Below, one piece after another: positions 1 to 8,796 of a stretch of DNA of 32,416 bases. Numbering within the stretch: the first letter of the stretch is position 1; every line of letters begins with the position of its first letter. The notes under the pieces are model-generated. The model did not search any database. It saw nothing but the letters and a program-made list of their open reading frames with translations, and was not told the origin of the DNA. Source of the stretch: Asterionella formosa (taxonomy: Eukaryota); the NCBI GenBank assembly GCA_002256025.1, contig NKIB01000458.1:1-32416 (forward strand), written 5' to 3'. A program made the translations under genes and the position numbers.

Positions 1-778
1 TCATTGCAAGAGCGGTTGCAGTAACTTCAGCGTTTCCTACCAGTTCCTCTACTGCACCAAAGTTACCTTGCGTAGACCAAAATCCAAAGTTAAGTGGAAG
101 ATTCATTGCGGAGCAGATGATATCTGCATCTGTTGGTCCCATTCTGGCTTTGTGACAACCCAAAATAAACTGTTTGTTGATAAAAAAGAGTTTTGCTAAT
201 ATTGCGTTATTTCTTATCTCATCATTTCTGTCTCCATTGCTGTTGCTTCTTGCAGGTTCGAGTTTAGAAATCAGTTTCTGACAGTTCAAACAAGAGACTT
301 TGAATTCGCTTGCCAAGCCGTAATTTTTGGTAGATACAACAATCAACGGTTGTTTCATTGTTGAAATCGGAAAGTCAAACACATCCTGCTCCAGAAATGA
401 TTCACATTGCTGTTCAATGGACTGCTTTTGTTGTCTATTTGATGTAAAGAAAGTTACAAAGTCACGAAGTGATTGTTTGCAATATTCTTTACAAATTTAT
501 TCACACAACCTTTGCAATACATATCTTCCTGCAGAAATTTCGAAAAATGTATTATAGTCGATTATATGATTCATGTTCAGTTGAGAGCAGTCTGTTTTAA
601 TTGGTGATGATGTGATTGCTAGTTCAATTGGTGAAGTGGTTGTTGTAGGGGGGAGGGGACAAAAAGGGATCTTAGAGGTCCACCAATTTTGATTTTCATT
701 GGACGCTACTATATTTCGTCCTCCTTGACCACCAACACCAATTTCGGAAATGAGACGGTTACCACTGGAATGTGGCAT
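1..778 (-). pseudogene. Kolobok/Mutator-like (PF20700-type) DDE transposase, N-terminal part, interrupted by one in-frame stop
   Basis: ATG at 778 and TAA at 499-497; the same frame then stays open to the window edge: ...KNYGLASEFKVSCLNCQK...FFINKQFILGCHKARMGPTDADIICSAMNLP... This resembles the GLASxxxxxCxxC and INxxxxxxxxxxGxGxxxxxxxCxxMN(L/M)P motifs. An alternative frame across about 545-495 gives KFLQEDMYCKGC (CxxC), implying compensating 1-nt indels in T and A runs. Confidence 0.6.
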
Positions 779-959
779 GATTTTGTCTTATAATAGTTGG
801 TGTTGCTGTTTTTAATGGCTGGTTGATTCGTTAGATTGTGTAAAAATAAAATTTATTTGAAATTCATGCCACCTCACTTCTAGAAGGTTTTGAAACATCG
901 TACGTAGGTGGATTGAGGTTCTTGATTTACTAATGAAATAAATGAAAATCGTAAAAACA

Positions 960-1457
960 CTAATCACTAATAGATTTAGAACATTTAGAACGTTTGGAAG
1001 TTGGTTTGAAATCAGTGTACACTTCGTTTGGGTCCTTGTTCTTCAAAAGAGATCGAACCCCCTTCAAACAACAGTCAGGAAGTTGCATCCGAACACCTTT
1101 TCCCAATGGACCACTGAAAACTCTGATTAGAAACTTGTACAGAAGATTGCGGGCTCTTGATGCCGTAATGTCTTCATCCTTCAACCTGGTAAGAATGGAT
1201 TCACCTTCCAGAAACTTCTCCACCAACTCTTCGACTTCATCCCATTGGCACTGACATTCAGGGCAGCAAAAATCGCAGCATTCGCAGAAGATATGATCCT
1301 CACATCCCTCCACATACAACTCTACAATCAACCGGTCTTGGCAGGTAGGACAACTATCATGACTGTCGTTAAATTCGTCATTACCGTTGTCATCAATTTG
1401 ATGTGTAATTTCGCTCATGGTTGATTGTTGCTTTTTTTGTTTCTTACCGGTAGTCAT
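960..1457 (-). CDS. KolX / P2X7 C-terminal 'ballast' (nanor-like) Cys-rich protein
   Basis: Cys cluster CPTC..C..H..CECCDFCCPECQC followed by RNLLYKFLIRVFSGPLGKGVRMQLPDCCLKGVRSLL...EVYTDFK, matching the RxxxYR...GxLGKGxRxxxPxCxxxxIR...YTGF signature. First ATG is at 1457; the ORF track opens at GTG 1493. Confidence 0.7.
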   Translation of the reverse strand: MTTGKKQKKQQSTMSEITHQIDDNGNDEFNDSHDSCPTCQDRLIVELYVEGCEDHIFCECCDFCCPECQCQWDEVEELVEKFLEGESILTRLKDEDITASRARNLLYKFLIRVFSGPLGKGVRMQLPDCCLKGVRSLLKNKDPNEVYTDFKPTSKRSKCSKSISD

Positions 1458-1951
1458 CAACAATATTTGCCATGCTGCCAGCTCGTCTGACACATATATG
1501 TTGATTGTATGATAGGGTATTTAAACATTGAGCGATTCAGAATGTGTATGTATATATTTATTTAATTCGAAAAGGAATCTATGTATGTACGCGCAAATTT
1601 CCAGTGATTTCAATATTTCAAATGGAATCACGTCATTCAAAATAAACTCATAAAAATTCTTAGTTCCAGGGAATTTCGGCAACCCTAAGCAATATTTTTA
1701 TTTTTGCGTATGGGTTCAAATGCAGGAACCTTAACATACAGCATGATGTATAAGAAATATGTAACCATGCATGATAGCTACAGTACCAGGTTACAGTGCA
1801 TTTTGTGAAACATGAGCGATGGTTCCTGTAGTACTACCGGTGCTCGTTCTCATTTGATCACAATCCAATTACAGCCCACTCACTTGTAGTACAATTGGTA
1901 TCTCCCCTCTCGTTGCATTTCCTTGCCTCTCACTAATAGTGTGCCTGCAAA

Positions 1952-4669
1952 ATGCCCCGAATCATCGTCGGCTCTAGAAAGAGGTTTGGAACGGCAGATA
2001 ACAAGGAATATACGCGTGTCAAACCCAAAGGTTCCTCATGGGCTGACTATGACGCTGGCTTGACCCAGGAGGCTCCAACAATTCAAGAAAGCATTTTAAA
2101 GCTTCATCCTACTTCTCTTTCAGGATCGATTTGCAACAAGCTTATTTCATCGCGTGGACGAAAGAAATCACGAAGAACAACATTTTCATCGAATGACTGC
2201 GATGTTCCGCTGCCACAGTACACCACATTGAAACAACCTCCTTGTGCTGATGCCGCTGCGAGACTAACAGATGTTGTGAAAGTCTCTGAAAGCACCTCTG
2301 AAACGCGAAATAAACTCCAAAAACAAGCAGCTGTTTCCATCACGCTTGACATGATTACACCGCTGCAATTCATTGGAGGGAAGCACTGTCCCATTACAAT
2401 TGACGATGTCAGAGTGCAGAGTACTAGCCTTCAGGTTAGCGAGGCAATAGCAAACACCAAAATGACGCAGAATCAGATGTCAAATTTAGACTTATCTAGA
2501 AAACGGATTGACTTTGAGTCAATAAATGTATGTCGTAGCGAGTCAAATGAGAAAACATGCTCGTCCAAAGCCAAGGAGTTAACTCCTTCCTCAACGATTA
2601 CACCTGGAGACCGAGTCTTTGATGTATCTGACGTAGCGACAGAGTCTCAAAACGAGTGGAAAATATGGAGACGGATGAGCATGTCTATCTCACCATCGCG
2701 TCACAAGGAAATGATAGAGTCTCATGAGGAGTGGCCAGTCAATCAAGCAAATTCCAGATCATCTGCTGTCAAACTCACCTTTGAAAATTGCATCCATCTC
2801 AATATTGAGAAGGACTTGTACTTAACTGAAACCGCGGTAGCTCCAGTGCCCATCTTGGTGAATTCCATGTCATTGCAAGGCTTGAGTTCAGGAAAATACA
2901 AACGCCAAGGAGTCATGGAAAATAACATTCGATGGAGGCAAGTTGGTCCAAAAGCATTTTGTCTGGAGCATGAAGTGTTGAGAGAGTATGATAATACAGA
3001 TGATATGTTTACTACTACGACTGCAGGTCGGGACTTGCGGTGGGAAGCTCATGTACTGAAACGAATTCACAAATTTTCGATTTGCCCGTGCATTCCAAAC
3101 CCGATTCATCTTTGTGTGTCTGCAAAAGACAAGGCTTTGTGTCTACAGATGGAATGTGATTTTACGCTTGATATATTTGGCACACTGGAGGAATTTCTAT
3201 GTTCACATTCTCAATACAATAATGGTGGAGTTCCTGAGTTAGTGACTGCATGGTTGACTGTTCAAATCATGTCGGTATTGAATGATGTGCACAGCAGTGG
3301 GGTGTCACATAACAATCTTTCTTTACAATCGTTTTTGTTGGTGCGAATAAGCAATGGAGATAACTGGTGTTTAGTTGTCACTGGCTTTGGTGCCAACGCT
3401 TCGATGAACGACGATGAGAAGGAGGGTGATTGGTGCTTTGCTCGTGATTTGTACAGTGTTGCCAGCATGATATGGACTCTTCTCACTGGACTACCGTTCT
3501 CATGCAATAAGAGGGGCAGAAAGGTGGAGCTTGACCACAAAGAATTTATCACCTCAAATCGTTTCCTGCGCGGTGCGCTGGGTTGGGAAGACCTCTTTCT
3601 GACTTTGCTGAATCCTCTCCGGGTTCACCACGGCTTTCACTCCATCGATGACTGGCATGACTTGTCACACTCTCTTGACATGCTAAATGCAATGGTACCA
3701 TCTTCTAACAAGGACACACCTGCATTCATAGCAGCCTTCTTTGATACTCTCATGAGTCACAAGAAAGGCAGTATTGATCGCTTGACAAGGGACCATGTCC
3801 AAACGGAGGAGAACATAAACAAGATTGAAATGGCTAAATTGAAAGAGCTTGTCACTGAATACCAAGCAAAATGCCTTCTTGTCGAGCAAGAAAAAGTTCT
3901 CATGCGGGAAAAAATGGAACACAACCACTTCCAGTCATTCCCATTGTTTGAAGAAAAACACAAGGACAATATGAGATGTGTAAATGATGACGCGGAAAAA
4001 GCGCAATGCGAATTTGTAGAGTGGCAGAAAAAAACTGCGCTGCTTCGAAATAAAGTACTGAACCTGCAAGAACAGCTTGAAATTGAAATGAACAAGTTGA
4101 AGGCAAGCAACAAAGACAACGAAGACCTAAAATTACGGCTTCATAGTGTGATGGACGAGCTGCAGCAATCAAGGAAAAAGTGTGAGTCGGAAACCAGTCT
4201 GGACCTGCAGCTGAAGGTCCTGAAGGGCAAACTTGTTGAAAGTGAGCAAGACCAGGAGAAGCTACTCTCTCAAGTCAGCGATTTGAAGCAAGAAGTGCAA
4301 CGTTGGCGCAGCGCTGCGGACAAAATCAGATGCAAGGCATTAGAGCTTCAACAGAAAGGATTACAACTCAACAGGGTGCAAACTTCTCTCGGTCAATCAC
4401 TATCGAAACACTCTGTCTATCGCAAATCTCCAAAAAAGTTTCCTTCTCGAAACAAAAACGTTAATGAGTTCTCACTGGTGGCAACGATTGAAAAAATGCC
4501 AACCAAGCCTCCCTGTGACTTGCAACAGAGAGCCGATCCAACGACACCTGGCAATCTGTTGTTGAATTCTGGAAGGGCAACAAAGGATTGGAAAGTAATT
4601 CGACACAATGGCGACACTCAAATTGTTGTAGCAGAAGATCCATACTCATTGAATTCCGACTCTGAATAA
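1952..4669 (+). CDS. 905-aa protein: low-complexity N-terminus, degenerate Bub1/BubR1-like (pseudo)kinase domain (about 2920-3620), C-terminal coiled coil (about 3810-4380)
   Basis: Long uninterrupted ORF. Bub1-like segments WEAHVLKRI, GTLEEFL, GVPELVTAWLTVQIMSVLNDVHSSGVSHNNL, LVVTGFG, WCFARDLYSVASMIWTLLTG and WEDLFLTLLN. The tail is E/K/Q/L-rich with heptad periodicity. Confidence 0.75.
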   Translation: MPRIIVGSRKRFGTADNKEYTRVKPKGSSWADYDAGLTQEAPTIQESILKLHPTSLSGSICNKLISSRGRKKSRRTTFSSNDCDVPLPQYTTLKQPPCADAAARLTDVVKVSESTSETRNKLQKQAAVSITLDMITPLQFIGGKHCPITIDDVRVQSTSLQVSEAIANTKMTQNQMSNLDLSRKRIDFESINVCRSESNEKTCSSKAKELTPSSTITPGDRVFDVSDVATESQNEWKIWRRMSMSISPSRHKEMIESHEEWPVNQANSRSSAVKLTFENCIHLNIEKDLYLTETAVAPVPILVNSMSLQGLSSGKYKRQGVMENNIRWRQVGPKAFCLEHEVLREYDNTDDMFTTTTAGRDLRWEAHVLKRIHKFSICPCIPNPIHLCVSAKDKALCLQMECDFTLDIFGTLEEFLCSHSQYNNGGVPELVTAWLTVQIMSVLNDVHSSGVSHNNLSLQSFLLVRISNGDNWCLVVTGFGANASMNDDEKEGDWCFARDLYSVASMIWTLLTGLPFSCNKRGRKVELDHKEFITSNRFLRGALGWEDLFLTLLNPLRVHHGFHSIDDWHDLSHSLDMLNAMVPSSNKDTPAFIAAFFDTLMSHKKGSIDRLTRDHVQTEENINKIEMAKLKELVTEYQAKCLLVEQEKVLMREKMEHNHFQSFPLFEEKHKDNMRCVNDDAEKAQCEFVEWQKKTALLRNKVLNLQEQLEIEMNKLKASNKDNEDLKLRLHSVMDELQQSRKKCESETSLDLQLKVLKGKLVESEQDQEKLLSQVSDLKQEVQRWRSAADKIRCKALELQQKGLQLNRVQTSLGQSLSKHSVYRKSPKKFPSRNKNVNEFSLVATIEKMPTKPPCDLQQRADPTTPGNLLLNSGRATKDWKVIRHNGDTQIVVAEDPYSLNSDSE

Positions 4670-5660
4670 TAAACCGTTGCAGCAATGAACTCCAAAGTGG
4701 CTATCTCAGCTCCTACACTAGCGATAGTCGAAGTCTCGATCAATAAACGGATTAGACAGTGGCCATTGATACTCCTTGATTAGTCTTCCCATTCGGATCC
4801 TATGCCAGTGCAGCTTTATATTTTTCTAAATGAGACTACTTGATGATGCAGTGTTTAACGCCATTTAGAAAGTTCTGATCAGAGACAGTTGACGCTGAAA
4901 CAATCGCTGATGTTTAAATATTAATAGCTGAAATTTATGTAAATGTAAACCGAACAATAAGACTCACAACTTACTTCCAGTAAGGGTGTATGAATTCAAT
5001 ATTCCGTACGCCCGCTTGCAGCATATTGGGTTGCCAAAACACAGGATCCAACCCGGCGAAGTTCTCTCTTCGTCACCTCTATTAGCAAATAGATAATTCA
5101 TAAGAATCACGGATTGTTGAAATACGTTTTTGGTTGTTTTACTGTTCGCAAACATCTAGCTCACCACTTTGGAACAACGAGTCGACCAACCTTTCTTCAA
5201 GTATCATTGATGATTGCAAATCGTGTTTGGTTAAATTACCGTTCGCAAAGAAACAGCCAGCCAACCACCCTGAAACAAACGCATTCATCGAATTTCCTTC
5301 TTATTAAGTTAAGAAATCAGCCGTCGCCTGCTCCTCTCTTCAATCGTTTTTGCTATCTTTCGAAAGAAAATTTTCGTGTTCGGTCACAATCCTACTATCA
5401 TCGCCAGCAACTTCTCAGTAAGATGTGAAAAATGATTGTACACAAGGGATGAATATATCACCAGCGGGTAGTGTCGACAAAGTGAACCGAAATTCCTGAA
5501 TGTTCACTATCAGGGTCATCCGTTTCTAAGAAGAAGACGATTTCACAGCAAAATTGCAAAATTGAAGACCTGAAGTTTGACTTGCTAATCCATGGTTTCG
5601 AAATGTCGAAGGACGAATATATATTTATTTCTTTGAATTTTGACATTCCTTTTCACGAAA

Positions 5661-6059
5661 TTACACATCAATTTTTGCCTTCTTCTTGACTTGAGATCCA
5701 ACTTCATTCTTCATTTTCTGATTTTTGTGACGAAAAGGTGCATGCTCGGTCGCAATCGCAAGTTCATCGACCACTATTTCGCCATTTGCCTTCTCACGCA
5801 GATGGGCCAAAATGAGGGTCTTATGCAAATCTGGCATGGATCTCGTCAATGTTTGAATCGTTCTCCAGTTCAGACTCTCGCCTGTACCAATAACATGAAC
5901 GCAAAAGTCCGAATGCACGCGGTCAGGAACATCAGCGTACAAGACGAGTTCACACCCAAATTGAAGTCCTGAATGGACTCTATAGCCCTTGGCTTCGAAG
6001 TGGCGTCGGACGATCATATTTCTTTGTTCCTTCGATACATATTCATGAAGCGATGCCAT
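5661..6059 (-). CDS. tRNA-splicing endonuclease catalytic subunit (Sen2/Sen34-like), catalytic domain only
   Basis: RRHFEAKGYRVHSGLQFGCELVLYADVPDRVHSDFCV...LNWRTIQTLTRSMPDLHKTLIL matches the tRNA_int_endo domain, with Tyr/His/Lys triad candidates (VLY, VHS, HKT) and a basic NLS-like tail KKKAK. An upstream exon cannot be excluded. Confidence 0.8.
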   Translation of the reverse strand: MASLHEYVSKEQRNMIVRRHFEAKGYRVHSGLQFGCELVLYADVPDRVHSDFCVHVIGTGESLNWRTIQTLTRSMPDLHKTLILAHLREKANGEIVVDELAIATEHAPFRHKNQKMKNEVGSQVKKKAKIDV

Positions 6060-6218
6060 AGTGGCGAAAGGGGAGATCGCTCTACGAGTTTAAAACCGAA
6101 AGATACGCCTGATATACCTGATGTGTATTCCTCATCTTCATTTTTGTTTTTCGAAGGTTGGTCCGACGACAACCCAATGCATCCGCTCGTGGCGGGGCGA
6201 AAAGTTCCAATGCAACTA

Positions 6219-6335
6219 CCGGTATGTATTGGTACCAGGTACCTGGTACCAGGTACAAGGTAAACCATACAGGTAATGGTAACCTACCTGGTAACATCGT
6301 GACCTGGTAACCTGGTACCAGTGGTACCAGGTACA
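6219..6335. repeat. GGTACC/GGTAAC-rich degenerate tandem cluster
   Basis: Repeated units such as ggtaccaggtacctggtaccaggtacaaggta...cctggtaacctggtaccagtggtaccaggtac. Similar clusters occur at about 13245-13310, 13888-13940, 14020-14036, 19733-19836 and 31818-31972. Confidence 0.75.
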
Positions 6336-6931
6336 GAAACCGAGCATATGTTCACGTCTATGTAACTCATTAAAAACGCATATTTTCGAGTAAGCCGACC
6401 CTCACGTAGAAATTTTGTATGTTGGCTACATAATCCTTCATATCCAAACAGTAAAGACACTGGTGGTGCCAGCGAATCGATGCAACTGTTACTAGACAGA
6501 GGGAGTACTAGGTAACTGCAAGTTGCGGTCACCATCTTTCGGAAACTGACAACGTGACGCCTGACAGGCGCTTTTAATGATATTGAGCGTGCTTTGATAT
6601 GCAGTTATCATAATAAAAAATTGGGCGCGCTCTGATAATAAAAAATTTTTATATATCAAGTGTATTATAACACAAATCGTTGTACCCATAACCCCAAAAT
6701 TTGTGTTTGTGTTGACCAACTTCTTTACAGTTATACATAACAGTGCATTATATAAAAAGATGTTTAGACATGAATGACTATATAGAATTTCCCGGAATAT
6801 TTCAAGACTTGCTTGCTCATACTCAAAATGGCTTGCTCTTGCCAAAATAGGTATGCATATACATATGCATATCGTTACATATCAATCAACCTACTCAATA
6901 AATCGATTGTCATCGCTTTTAGATTTCGGCC

Positions 6932-7561
6932 ATGTCTTCATCCTCTTCTGGTCAAAGGAGAGCAGCCACCAGGGAGGGCTTCCCTTCCTCTCCAAGGCTG
7001 CTTGAACGTCGCCGTCACCAGCAACAAGAACAACAACAGACTCAACCAGAAGAAGAGGAGGAGGACGACGACAAGCATGAAGATGACACTGGTGCTGATG
7101 AGTTTGCCAGCAACGATGAGGACAATAGGATAGGTGTCCCAGGTTTTTCTCAGATTGGTGTTTCTTGGGTTACTCAGTCCCCATCAAGGAACAACAACGA
7201 TTTTTCACGTGCTCCTACTAGTTCAGTTTCAAGAACAGCAACTGCCAGGTGAGCACCAATGTTTCCAAGAGCTCGCTGAAGCATGCAGAGTTGGGATCAA
7301 CAGTTCAGGATCAATGAGATTCTCTCATTGCTGGAAGCCATTTCTACTCACCTGCCAATTGGGTCCCATGAATGGGAAGTTGTTGCATCACAGCACAACG
7401 AGAATTTCCCAGACAAAGAACGGACAGGACCTTCACTTCGCCGAAAGTTTTCACAGCTGCACAAAGTTAAGAAACCAACTGGGGACCCAACATGCCCTGC
7501 TGAGGTGAGATATGCCAATTTTTTTTCGAAGAATCGAGCAACAACCAGATGCAAGTGCTGA
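6932..7561 (+). pseudogene. Harbinger accessory Myb/SANT-like (DUF6818-like) DNA-binding protein, disrupted
   Basis: ORFs 6932-7252 and 7283-7561 are in the same frame, separated by TGA at 7250-7252 and 7277-7279. The domain FRINEILSLLEAISTHLPIGSHEWEVVASQHNENFPDKERTGPSLRRKFSQLHKVKKPTGDPTCPAEVRYA has the LPxGxxEW...LRRKF..L....PTGDP.CP..VR.A signature. Confidence 0.8.
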
Positions 7562-7802
7562 GATTGAATTCAATTATTGCTTCAAACATGATTTCAATGC
7601 AGCAAACAATGCAAAGCCAAAATCTAACCTCGACAGCAGGTGCCAATGCACAACAAACTTTGTCTGCCTCAACTCAATGTCAAACACCAAAAATCAACAG
7701 TGGTAGCAGTATTAGTGATGATGAATAATCTTAAATTAATTCATTCTAATATAATGTGAAAGAAGTGGTGCTAAATAATCATGAAGGAATAATTTCTTTG
7801 AA

Positions 7803-8796
7803 TTACATGGCATATCTATTAGCATTCCTATGCAAATAGGGCATATACACTGAAGCAATTTTGTTTTGACCAACTTTGCTAGTAGCACGAAAGTTGTAGA
7901 GCAATACAATCATTTGGAGATTTAATTTTCTCTCACCTTTTTCTTCATAACGAAATTTGTCTTTGATTCTCGGAAATGATCCCTGAAGGCATCGCATTCC
8001 CCATTCCGACAGCTGTCGGATGGAGGTGGCTTGGCGATTTATACCAAATCTTTGTCGAGGATTACCATTTGCATCAACATTGTTTTGATGCGATTTCAAC
8101 ATTGCATTTGATTTATTAGATGCAAATGCTGAATCCACAGCTACTTTTTACCAGTATCCCTGTAAACTGTTTCAATCTGATCATAGATCGATGATCAAAT
8201 TGCCATGGTGGAGTCATGTAGAACACCAGGTGCATTGAAATATGAACAGCGAATTTTTCCATCAGGCGAAAAAAGAAAGAAGTTTGTCACATAGTGTTCA
8301 TGAGTCCATCCATTGTAGAAGTTGTTCTGCTGTGTTTCATTTCCAGCCCGTTGCAGAATCAGTTTCAGACCATCCATTGCTCCCCAAAAATTTGTTATAA
8401 GTGGTTATTTCTGATTGATCATGGTTGCAAACAAGGTGGCTTCGTCTGCAGTAGGCAGTCTCACAACGGCATCTATGTGTCACCAGTACTTTTAACAATC
8501 ATTCGCCTTGAAAACCTCAACCAAACACTCAAAGAACCATGCTTTAATCCGAAAATAATCCGAAGAATCATATAGGAACCACGAGTCCTGGTCCATGCTA
8601 ACCCAAGCGCTAGACAACTGATGGAACAGAGGTATCTTTGCCGACCTTTCTTTGTTGTTGAATTTCTAACAATGAAATCCGTATTTTTTCTACAGGGAGT
8701 AAAGGAATAAAAACAAGGTTTGAACAGCTGGTGTAGGAGTTCGAAAGAAGCATGGTCAAACCCACACAAGGTAATCAGAGCATCATGAGGATCCAT
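7803..8796 (-). pseudogene. PIF/Harbinger DDE transposase (DDE_Tnp_4 type), fragmented
   Basis: Three consecutive fragments: DALITLCGFDHASF...LALGLAWTRTRGS...IFG (8473-8796); MDGLKL...QNNFYNGWTHEHYVTNFFLFSPDGKI...NAPGVLHDS (8195-8377); VDSAF...ATSIRQLSEWGMRCLQGSFPRIK...LLYNFR...VGQN (7803-8138). Candidate D, D and E residues are present, broken up by stops and frameshifts. Confidence 0.88.

Larger units (their letters stand above)
1..1730 (-). mobile_element. Kolobok-like DNA transposon, 5' part (runs off the left edge of the window)
   Basis: Two same-strand ORFs typical of Kolobok: a KolX/P2RX7_C-like protein and a Mutator/Kolobok-type transposase N-terminus. On the minus strand the putative terminus reads TTAA|GGTTCCTGCATTTGAACC (TTAA at 1731-1734), matching the TTAA target and 5'-RR end rule. 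The other end is outside the window. Confidence 0.65.

Noticed and set aside
4700..5640. Short ORFs and a GTAAGT...TTCAG intron-like stretch on the minus strand between the pseudokinase and Sen genes
   Set aside because: No continuous frame or recognisable domain.
6219..6335. GGTACC clusters as a CRISPR array or telomeric repeat
   Set aside because: No constant repeat-spacer periodicity, no cas genes, eukaryotic context, and the units are palindromic rather than TTAGGG-like.
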